Positions 57,206 to 64,000 of a stretch of 64,000 nt of DNA are shown here, piece after piece; position 1 is the first letter of the stretch, and every line of letters starts with the position of its first letter. The stretch lies in the NCBI GenBank assembly GCA_037388025.1, contig JARRKO010000009.1, forward strand, positions 25,647-89,646, read 5' to 3'. Source of the stretch: Syntrophobacterales bacterium. GTDB taxonomy: Bacteria > Desulfobacterota > Desulfobaccia > Desulfobaccales > 0-14-0-80-60-11. The notes beneath the pieces were generated by a model. It was not told the DNA's origin. It saw only the letters and a list, made by a program, of their open reading frames with translations, and ran no database searches. The translations under genes were made by a program, and so were the position numbers.

Positions 57206-57320
57206 GCGGGAGCACAGGCTTCCAACCTGTGCCCAGCCCGCCTAAAGAGATTAACCGACCCTGATAACGAACTTTTCGAACCAGCGCACCTTATAATCTT
57301 TGAACCTTGAACTTTGAACC
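57206..57320. repeat. REP-like hairpin plus tandem ctttgaac repeats
   Basis: gcgggagcacaggcttccaacctgtg (57206-57231), same family as 3368-3393 and 9199-9223. ctttgaaccttgaactttgaacc (57298-57320), related to 40557-40576. Confidence 0.65.
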
Positions 57321-57499
57321 ACGCATCTGCTTGACCCACCTCTAAACTATGGAGATATAGCGCCGCCGCCCCCGGTGGCGCCTGAATCCGGTCTCAGACT
57401 GAAAAAAGATTTTATAATCATTTATCAATTTGAGAAATTAACCTTTAACATTTGCTTCTCTTAATGGTCTAATTAAGTGAAGCCGGGTGAGGATAACAC

Positions 57500-58084
57500 A
57501 TGACTGAACCTCACCTCGTGGCCCGGGCGCAAGAAGGTGACCTCCCGGCCTTCGAGGAACTTGTCAGGAATTACCAGCGGGAGATTTACCATTTGGCTTG
57601 CCGCATGGTACGCGACCCTGAAGAAGCCAAGGATATGGCCCAGCAGACTTTTATGCAGGCCTATATTCATATCCGGAAGTTTCGGCACCAGTCGCAGTTC
57701 CGCACCTGGCTGTTCCGGATTGCCATCAACCAATGCTACAATTTTTTGAAAAGCAAAAAGAAGTTCGGCGACCCGGTGGACAGTCAGGAATTGACCCTGG
57801 CAGGGGAGGGCGACCCCCAGGCAGGCCTCATGGCCGCAGAAGACCGCAGCCGTTTGTACGCCGCCCTGGAGCGCCTGCCCGCCAAGCAGCGGGCAGTGCT
57901 GACCCTGAAACTGGAACGGGGCCTCTCTTATCAGGAGATTAGCCGGGAGTTGGGAGGAACCGCCGGGGCCGCTCGGGTCAATTACTGTCAAGCGGTGAAG
58001 GCCTTGAAAAAATATTTAGTGGTTGAGGAAAACCATGAAGTGGCGGTGCGCTCTTATTCAACGAAAACTGCCGGATTATCCTGA
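57500..58084 (+). CDS. ECF-type RNA polymerase sigma-70 family factor
   Basis: Region 2 (AFEELVRNYQREIYHLACRM...FRTWLFRIAINQCYN) and region 4 (LSYQEISRELGGTAGAARVNYCQAVKAL). Confidence 0.9.
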   Translation: MTEPHLVARAQEGDLPAFEELVRNYQREIYHLACRMVRDPEEAKDMAQQTFMQAYIHIRKFRHQSQFRTWLFRIAINQCYNFLKSKKKFGDPVDSQELTLAGEGDPQAGLMAAEDRSRLYAALERLPAKQRAVLTLKLERGLSYQEISRELGGTAGAARVNYCQAVKALKKYLVVEENHEVAVRSYSTKTAGLS

Positions 58085-58808
58085 CGGCGAGTTGAGCCCC
58101 TTCTGGAAACGTCGGGTGGCGGCGCATGTGGAGATCTGCCCCGAGTGCCGCCTGGAGTTGGAAGAGTTGTCCGCCGTGGTGCGCCTGTATCAGGACCATC
58201 CCCTGCCCGATCCCGGACCGGCGTTCTGGCAGGAGTTTGAACAGGAGCTTCACCTCAAGCTGGCCCAGTTAAACCAAAGCCCGGAGCCGGCGGCTCGGTA
58301 CCGCTATTTGCCGCACTACCTGCTGGGGGCCACGGCGCTGGCAGGAATTCTGGCTTTGGCCGTGTATCTGGGCCCCTTTTCCCGTACGAAGCCGGCGCCG
58401 CAGCTGGCCCATCGTCTGGAAAAATCCCCGGCCCCGGCCGCTCCCCTGGCCGCCAGAACTCCCCGGGCCCACCCCACCGCGCCCCTGGCCACCAGAGCTC
58501 CTCAGGCTCCCCCGGTAACCGCTGGTTTCACGGCGTCGCAACCTCGCGTCAAAGCTCGCCCCCGCGTGTTGGGCTCCACCCTCACCGCCAAACCCCGGGC
58601 GGTTCGGGTCGCCCAGCCTGAGCTTCCCCCGGCTGAGGCCAAATTCAGCCTGGCTGCTAAACTCGAAGCCGCGCCCCGCCCGGTCTTGGGTGGAGAAGGG
58701 CTCTGGCCGGATGACGATTTCCCCAGTTGGGATGTGAGTGGCGTGGCGACGGATTTGTCCCGGCAACAACGGGAAGACCTGAAGAAAAGACTTGAGTCAC
58801 GGAGATAA
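58035..58808 (+). CDS. Anti-sigma factor (zf-HC2) with single TM and Pro/Ala-rich periplasmic region
   Basis: HVEICPECRLELE (Hx3Cx2C) and a TM helix (YLLGATALAGILALAVYL). ATG 58035 is preceded by GAGGAA and overlaps the sigma gene by 50 nt. Confidence 0.7.
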   Translation: MKWRCALIQRKLPDYPDGELSPFWKRRVAAHVEICPECRLELEELSAVVRLYQDHPLPDPGPAFWQEFEQELHLKLAQLNQSPEPAARYRYLPHYLLGATALAGILALAVYLGPFSRTKPAPQLAHRLEKSPAPAAPLAARTPRAHPTAPLATRAPQAPPVTAGFTASQPRVKARPRVLGSTLTAKPRAVRVAQPELPPAEAKFSLAAKLEAAPRPVLGGEGLWPDDDFPSWDVSGVATDLSRQQREDLKKRLESRR

Positions 58809-58814
58809 CCTGCC

Positions 58815-59390
58815 ATGCTGCGCTATGTTATATTCGCGGCCGTGCTGCTGGTTTACTGCGCCGCCCCTTGGTCGGCCGCGGCCCTCGACCCCGGCCACTC
58901 CAGCGACCCCATAGACCAATATCAGCTGGACTACAAGCGGAAAAACCTAGGTGCCGCCTTGGGCATTAACCAGGCCAAAGTGGAGCGCTTACTGCAAATT
59001 GATCGGAAATATCTGTCACAGAAAAGACAAACCATTCACGACGCCAAGTCGGCGCTTTTACAACTCAAACAGTTGATGCAGCAGCCTCAACCCTCGGAAC
59101 CGGAGGTGGCGGCCATCCTGGACCGGATGATGAAACTGCGCCAGCAGAAGCTGTCCCTGGAGCAGAGGCAGCTCCAGGAGGAAAAACATATTCTGACGCC
59201 GGTGCAGCAGGCCCGCTATATTCTCTTGCTCATGAACATGCGCCAGCAGGTTGCCCGAGAAGCGCAAAAAATGCGGTCTGCGCCCCAGGGCGCGCCGTTG
59301 AGGCCCCAACCAAAACCCCAGGAGGTGCCCGTCTCCCGGCCCGGGGGCACCGTACCTCAGCCTGGAGGAGGTTATTGGCAACAGAAATAG
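58815..59390 (+). CDS. Periplasmic Spy/CpxP-family (LTxxQ) protein
   Basis: Signal peptide, a helical Gln/Lys-rich body, and ILTPVQQARY (LTxxQ motif). Confidence 0.6.
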   Translation: MLRYVIFAAVLLVYCAAPWSAAALDPGHSSDPIDQYQLDYKRKNLGAALGINQAKVERLLQIDRKYLSQKRQTIHDAKSALLQLKQLMQQPQPSEPEVAAILDRMMKLRQQKLSLEQRQLQEEKHILTPVQQARYILLLMNMRQQVAREAQKMRSAPQGAPLRPQPKPQEVPVSRPGGTVPQPGGGYWQQK

Positions 59391-59436
59391 CCAAGTGGAT
59401 TGAAGGTTAGTCCCGGGCTGACAGGAATATAAGGAT

Positions 59437-59467
59437 TATAGGGCGGGAAAGCGAAGCGCCTCCCGCC
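59437..59467. repeat. REP-like hairpin
   Basis: tatagggcgggaaagcgaagcgcctcccgcc. Related to 3459-3489 and 40271-40300. Confidence 0.55.
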
Positions 59468-59579
59468 TTTGGCATCTTGGCCGGTGCAAACTTTGACTTC
59501 AGGATTTCTTGAAAAAATCATAATTTTACTGCTATAATAATATTTTAAATTTTTCTTATACTTTAGGATTAAGACCAAT

Positions 59580-60575
59580 ATGCAAACTGTTCCCGCGTTA
59601 CAGGCCGAAGCTGCCTCCCTGGAAGACGTTTATCTCTCGGTGGTCCTCCCGGTTTTCAATGAACTGGAGAATCTCGGCATTTTGCATGAACAGCTTAGAG
59701 CGGTCCTTACCAGCCTGGGACGCACCTTCGAGATCATCTATGTGGATGACGGCAGCACCGACGGCAGTTCCGCCAAACTCCAGGAACTGGCGGAAGCAGA
59801 CCACACGGTGACCGTCATTCAGCTGAGGCGCAACTTCGGCCAGACCGCTGCCCTGTCCGCCGGCATTGATTCCTCTCGGGGAGAGGTAGTGGTGTGCGCG
59901 GACGCGGATTTGCAAAACGACCCGGAAGACATCCCCCGCCTGTTGGATAAGCTGGACGAAGGCTATGACCTGGTCAGCGGCTGGCGCAAAGACCGGCAGG
60001 ATCACTGGCTCTGGCGCAAAACCACCTCAGCCCTGGCCAACTGGATCATTTCCCGGGTGGTGGATTTTAAGCTCCATGACATCGGCTGCACCCTGAAGGC
60101 CTATCGCCGGGAACTTCTCAACCACATCCGCTTATATGGCGAGATGCACAGATTTATTCCGGCCCTGGCCCTACAAGTGGGGGCCAAAGTGGCCGAGATC
60201 CCGGTCAATCACAAGCCTCGCCTCCACGGTCGCTCCAAATACGGCCTCAGCCGGACTTTCAGCGTTATCCTGGACCTCCTCACCATCAAGTTTCTCGGAA
60301 ATTTTCTTTCCAAACCGCTGAGGGTTTTTGGGGGCTTTGGCCTGGGTCTCATCGGGCTCAGCTTCCTGAGCGGCCTTTTCATGCTTTTCCACAAATTCTA
60401 TTATAATGTGTCCCTGATCCAGACCCCCTTGTTGCTCTTGTCCGCCATGCTCTTTATTCTCGGGTTTTTCTGTGTCCTCCAGGGATTCACCGCGGAACTG
60501 CTGATCCGCACTTACCACGAATCCCAGGGCAAGCCCACGTATATCATCCGCCGAATTTATCGTTCTTCCCGGTAA
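59580..60575 (+). CDS. Family-2 glycosyltransferase, polyprenyl-phosphate sugar transferase-like (ArnC/DPM1-type)
   Basis: VVLPVFNE, IYVDDGSTDGS, CADADLQNDPED (DxD), two C-terminal TM helices. Confidence 0.88.
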   Translation: MQTVPALQAEAASLEDVYLSVVLPVFNELENLGILHEQLRAVLTSLGRTFEIIYVDDGSTDGSSAKLQELAEADHTVTVIQLRRNFGQTAALSAGIDSSRGEVVVCADADLQNDPEDIPRLLDKLDEGYDLVSGWRKDRQDHWLWRKTTSALANWIISRVVDFKLHDIGCTLKAYRRELLNHIRLYGEMHRFIPALALQVGAKVAEIPVNHKPRLHGRSKYGLSRTFSVILDLLTIKFLGNFLSKPLRVFGGFGLGLIGLSFLSGLFMLFHKFYYNVSLIQTPLLLLSAMLFILGFFCVLQGFTAELLIRTYHESQGKPTYIIRRIYRSSR

Positions 60576-60584
60576 GAGTTCCGA

Positions 60585-62483
60585 ATGTGCGGGTTTTGCG
60601 GAGTTCTGAACTTTGACGGGCAAGCCCCGGTGAGCCAGAAAGTGCTGGCGGCCATGACCGCCACCCTCCAACACCGGGGACCCGACGACCTGGGCTCTTA
60701 TGTGACGGGTCCCGTGGGGTTGGGTCACCGGCGTCTGTCCATCATCGACCTGGAGACCGGCCATCAGCCCCTCAGCAATGAGGACGGCAGCGTTTGGATC
60801 GTCTATAATGGGGAACTCTACAATTATCAGGAAATTCGCGCCAACCTGGAGAAGGCTGGGCATCGGTTCGCCACCCTGAGCGATACCGAGGTGATCGTCC
60901 ATGCCTACGAGGAATACGGGACGGACAGTCTCAAGGTGATGAACGGCATGTTCGCCTTCGCGCTGTGGGACAGCCACCGGCAACGCCTGCTCTTGGCTCG
61001 GGATCGGGTGGGAATCAAACCCCTGTATTACGCCCGGCTTCCTCGCTGCTTGGTGTTCGGCTCGGAGGTGAAGGCTCTTTTGGCTCATCCCCAACTGGAG
61101 CGCCGCCTGGACCTCACCGCCCTGAATCTTTACCTCTCCCTGGAATATGTACCCTCGCCCTACAGCATTTTCGCCGGGATCAGCAAACTCCCCCCCGGCC
61201 ATTTTCTCATGGTGGAGGGTTCGGCTTCTCATCTCGAGGGCTACTGGGACTTGGAGTTGGCCCACAGTGAGCCCTTTGCCCCCAGAAGTCTCAGCGAGTG
61301 CACCGCGGAAGTGCGCCGCCTTCTCCATGACGTCGTGAAAATGGAACTGGTCGCCGACGTGCCGGTGGGCGTTTTGTTAAGCGGGGGCATCGACTCCAGC
61401 GCGGTGGCGGCCATGATGACCCAGACCTCCAGTCGCCCGGTGCCCAGCTTTTCTGTGGCCTTCGATGATCCTTCCTTTGACGAGTCAGCCCACGCCCGGC
61501 TGGTGGCCCGGCACCTCGGCACCGAACATCATGAGTTTCCCCTGTCCGCGGACACCGCCCTTAAAACCCTGCCCGAAATCACCGCGGGGTTGGACGAGCC
61601 CCTGGGCGATTCCTCCATCATCCCCACCTATTGCCTGTCCCGCTTCACCAAGGAACACGTCAAGGTGGCCTTGGGCGGAGACGGGGGGGACGAACTGTTC
61701 GGCGGGTATTCCACCTTGCAGGCCCACCGCTTGGCCAATTATTACCAGCGCCTGGCCCCCGGTTGGCTGCGGCGTCTGGTGGAGCCCTGGGTGCTGGACA
61801 AGCTGCCCGTCTCTTTTGACAATCTCAGTTTTGATTTCAAACTGCGCCGCTTCCTGCGCGATTACTCCCTGCCGCCGGTGGTGCGACACCACCGCTGGCT
61901 GGGATCATTTACCTCCGAGGAAAAGGCTGGGCTTTTGGGGCCCCTGGTCAAGGATTGCCGGGAAAAAGTGGAGGATCTGGTGGAACACCATGCCCATCAA
62001 GCTCGAACTCAGGATCCCTTGAATCAGGTCCTTTACTGTGACCTGAAACTATACCTGGAAGGGGACATCCTGGTGAAGGTGGACCGGGCCAGCATGGCCA
62101 ATTCCCTGGAGGTGCGGGTGCCCCTGCTCAACCGCCTCCTGGTGGAATATGCCGCGCATTTGCCCCACTCCTTCAAGCTACACGGATTGACCACCAAATT
62201 TCTGTTGCGGCAGGCCCTCAAGGGGCTCCTGCCGGACTCCATCCTGAACCGGGCGAAAAAGGGTTTTAACGTTCCCGTGGCCAAGTGGTTCGCGGGCCCC
62301 CTGAAACCCCTGTTGGAAGAAGTGCTGTCCCCCCGCCATTTGAAACAACAAGGCCTTTTTCAACCGGACTATGTGGCCGCCTTGATCAAGGAGCACCAGG
62401 CGCGGCAGCGGGATCATCGCAAACTCCTCTGGACCCTGCTGGCCTTTCAGTTGTGGCACCAGCGCTGGCTTGACCAAAGCTAG
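60585..62483 (+). CDS. asnB: Asparagine synthase (glutamine-hydrolysing) family amidotransferase
   Basis: N-terminal MCGF nucleophile, RGPDD, and the PP-loop motif LLSGGIDSS. Confidence 0.92.
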   Translation: MCGFCGVLNFDGQAPVSQKVLAAMTATLQHRGPDDLGSYVTGPVGLGHRRLSIIDLETGHQPLSNEDGSVWIVYNGELYNYQEIRANLEKAGHRFATLSDTEVIVHAYEEYGTDSLKVMNGMFAFALWDSHRQRLLLARDRVGIKPLYYARLPRCLVFGSEVKALLAHPQLERRLDLTALNLYLSLEYVPSPYSIFAGISKLPPGHFLMVEGSASHLEGYWDLELAHSEPFAPRSLSECTAEVRRLLHDVVKMELVADVPVGVLLSGGIDSSAVAAMMTQTSSRPVPSFSVAFDDPSFDESAHARLVARHLGTEHHEFPLSADTALKTLPEITAGLDEPLGDSSIIPTYCLSRFTKEHVKVALGGDGGDELFGGYSTLQAHRLANYYQRLAPGWLRRLVEPWVLDKLPVSFDNLSFDFKLRRFLRDYSLPPVVRHHRWLGSFTSEEKAGLLGPLVKDCREKVEDLVEHHAHQARTQDPLNQVLYCDLKLYLEGDILVKVDRASMANSLEVRVPLLNRLLVEYAAHLPHSFKLHGLTTKFLLRQALKGLLPDSILNRAKKGFNVPVAKWFAGPLKPLLEEVLSPRHLKQQGLFQPDYVAALIKEHQARQRDHRKLLWTLLAFQLWHQRWLDQS

Positions 62484-62492
62484 GGAGCCGGT

Positions 62493-64000
62493 ATGTCACC
62501 GGAAATTTCCAGCCCCAATAACGCCAGCACATTTCCCGAGACCACCCGACCCACTCCCCGAGGCGCCTGGGTGCTTTTGCTGTTGGGTCTCCTGCTGTAC
62601 GTGGGAGTGCAGGGGTACCTGACCGTATCCCCCCTATGGAACTGGAACCTGACCCCCGAAGTGGACGACACCCTGACCTACGTGCTGAAGTCCCGGCAAA
62701 TGCAGGAATGCTTCGATCAGACCTGCCCTGCACTGAACGACCTGCGCCAACAACTGCATGCCAAAGGCGGAGACCACCAGGACCCGGAGCTCCTTAAACA
62801 GCAGGTGCTGGCCATTTCTCGGGTTTTTCCCGTATATCATCCGCTCTTTTCGGTGTTGCTCATAGGTTTGAGCAAATTCGGCCTGAGTCTCATGGAGGCT
62901 TACCGACTACTTTGGACCCTGGCCCCTCTGATATTTGGGTTGGCTTTTGCTTACTGGCTGGCCGCTTTATTCGGTCCCGGTGTCGCCGGGGTGGCCCTGA
63001 TGCTCCTGGCCTTCAAGGTTTTCCCCGATACCGGCCTGCATCATCTGGTGCCCTCCAATCTGACCATGGCCCTGGCTGTGGTACTTTGGGCCCGGATAAT
63101 CTCGTGTCGGGGCTGGGCCCCCTGGTCACTGGTTTTCGGTTCCCTGGTTTTGGTGACCATGCATCTCATCGGGGCCATTTATGCGGTCATGGCGGTCATC
63201 CTGGCCCTCATGCTGGCCGGCAAGGAGGACCGTAAACGCCTCCTGGTGGCTGTGGGGGTTGTGGGGGCCTGCCTCCTCATCGTCATCTTAGTGGCCCACT
63301 TCGTTAAGAGACCAGCCTTTGTCCTGCCTTCTCTGCTCCCTTATGGGAATCACCCTTTTTGGCAGCTTTTAGTGGGTGCCGGCCAAAATATCCTTCAGGT
63401 CATAGTGGAAAACGTCAGGTTGGCCGAGGGGCTGTGGGGTTCACCGGCACTGTTCTGCGGCGCTCTGGTTTTGGGATGGTGGACCCTGAAGCCGGCCTCT
63501 CGCCAGGTAGTCCTGAGAATTCTCCTCCTCTATGGCGTCATCCTTGGATTATTCTTGTTTTATGTCTCCAATCACCCTGCAGACGTGCTGCTGCGGCTAT
63601 GGATTCCCCTGGTGGTGCTGCTCTTCGGTCTGGTGGCTCAGGCGATTTGCTTCACCATGGACCTGGCCCAGAAGTGGTGGCGGGAAAGGAGAGCGGCTCC
63701 CTCCCGGGAGGGCTCCCTGGATATTCGCCGATTTTGGCCCATGATCGCCGTGGCGGTCTTACTGGGCTACGCCGCGCAGATGAGCTTCAGGGGCGGGGAG
63801 CAAATCCAAGCCATGGCCAAATTTCTCAGAGAAAAGGAGCCCTTGGCCCTCTACCCGTCCCAGCCGGAAGCATTAATGGCCCACGCCAAGCCCGGTGACC
63901 GGGTCCTCTATACGAGCTTCATTCTGATGGATTATTATCTGATTAACGGCGCCCTGAGACTGGGGGCGGTCTACTATCTACCGATATTTAGAGAAATTCC
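62493..64000 (+). CDS. Polytopic membrane protein, 3'-truncated by window edge (not in the ORF track because it has no stop)
   Basis: Hand translation from ATG 62493 (MSPEISSPNNAST...GAWVLLLLGLLLYVGV...) stays open to nt 64000, over 500 codons. It contains at least 8 hydrophobic helices. The track ORFs at 62912 and 63359 are off-frame. Confidence 0.65.
   Translation, partial: MSPEISSPNNASTFPETTRPTPRGAWVLLLLGLLLYVGVQGYLTVSPLWNWNLTPEVDDTLTYVLKSRQMQECFDQTCPALNDLRQQLHAKGGDHQDPELLKQQVLAISRVFPVYHPLFSVLLIGLSKFGLSLMEAYRLLWTLAPLIFGLAFAYWLAALFGPGVAGVALMLLAFKVFPDTGLHHLVPSNLTMALAVVLWARIISCRGWAPWSLVFGSLVLVTMHLIGAIYAVMAVILALMLAGKEDRKRLLVAVGVVGACLLIVILVAHFVKRPAFVLPSLLPYGNHPFWQLLVGAGQNILQVIVENVRLAEGLWGSPALFCGALVLGWWTLKPASRQVVLRILLLYGVILGLFLFYVSNHPADVLLRLWIPLVVLLFGLVAQAICFTMDLAQKWWRERRAAPSREGSLDIRRFWPMIAVAVLLGYAAQMSFRGGEQIQAMAKFLREKEPLALYPSQPEALMAHAKPGDRVLYTSFILMDYYLINGALRLGAVYYLPIFREI

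Noticed and set aside
60171-61328. 385-aa minus-strand ORF antisense to the GT2 and asnB genes
   Set aside because: It spans two plus-strand genes with clear motifs (DxD; MCGF, SGGIDSS) and has no motif of its own.

Overview
A GC-rich chromosomal window that is mostly core genome. All calls come from reading the sequence and the ORF track by eye; no searches were run. The gene content (HdrA/MvhD redox genes, a selenocysteine codon, a CoA-activase, a RACo-like activator, a sigma-54 flagellar promoter) suggests an anaerobic Desulfobacterota/Thermodesulfobacteriota-like bacterium, but this is an inference.

Gene order, left to right:
- thiH(partial)-thiS-thiE, gatB, mtnA
- a LysM L,D-transpeptidase facing two tandem Braun-lipoprotein-like genes
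- polA
- a minus-strand envelope module: processive GT2 synthase, then a 1358-aa TPR plus beta-barrel protein, then an M48 lipoprotein protease
- a promoter, cobalamin riboswitch and terminator unit driving a lone tonB
- priA
- a giant CoA-activase/dehydratase-like gene, split by an inverted copy of its own coding sequence
- radical SAM, TetR and flavoprotein genes
- a RACo-like reductive activator and an EndoIII-like gene
- several lipoproteins and an SPFH remnant
- a selenocysteine-containing double-length HdrA with MvhD and an FeS partner
- an 11-gene flagellar rod/ring/hook-associated operon (flgF-G-A-H-I-J-N-K-L-csrA-fliW) behind a consensus sigma-54 promoter
- mfd, a surA-like gene, asnS and an MFS transporter
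- an ECF sigma / anti-sigma / Spy-like operon
- a GT2-asnB-membrane protein cluster that runs off the 3' edge

Nearly every long intergenic region carries modular GC-rich hairpin repeats with GTAG/CTAC heads (REP-like).

Most notable observations:
1. A perfect 109-111 bp inverted self-duplication disrupts the activase gene.
2. A synthase-dependent export module includes a dedicated M48 protease.
3. A B12 riboswitch controls an orphan tonB.
4. Lpp-like lipoproteins sit next to an L,D-transpeptidase.
5. A FlgJ-like protein has an M15 peptidase domain and reversed domain order.
6. Several reading-frame breaks occur (GT2 synthase, flgA, SPFH).

No CRISPR array, tRNA, rRNA or transposase gene was seen.
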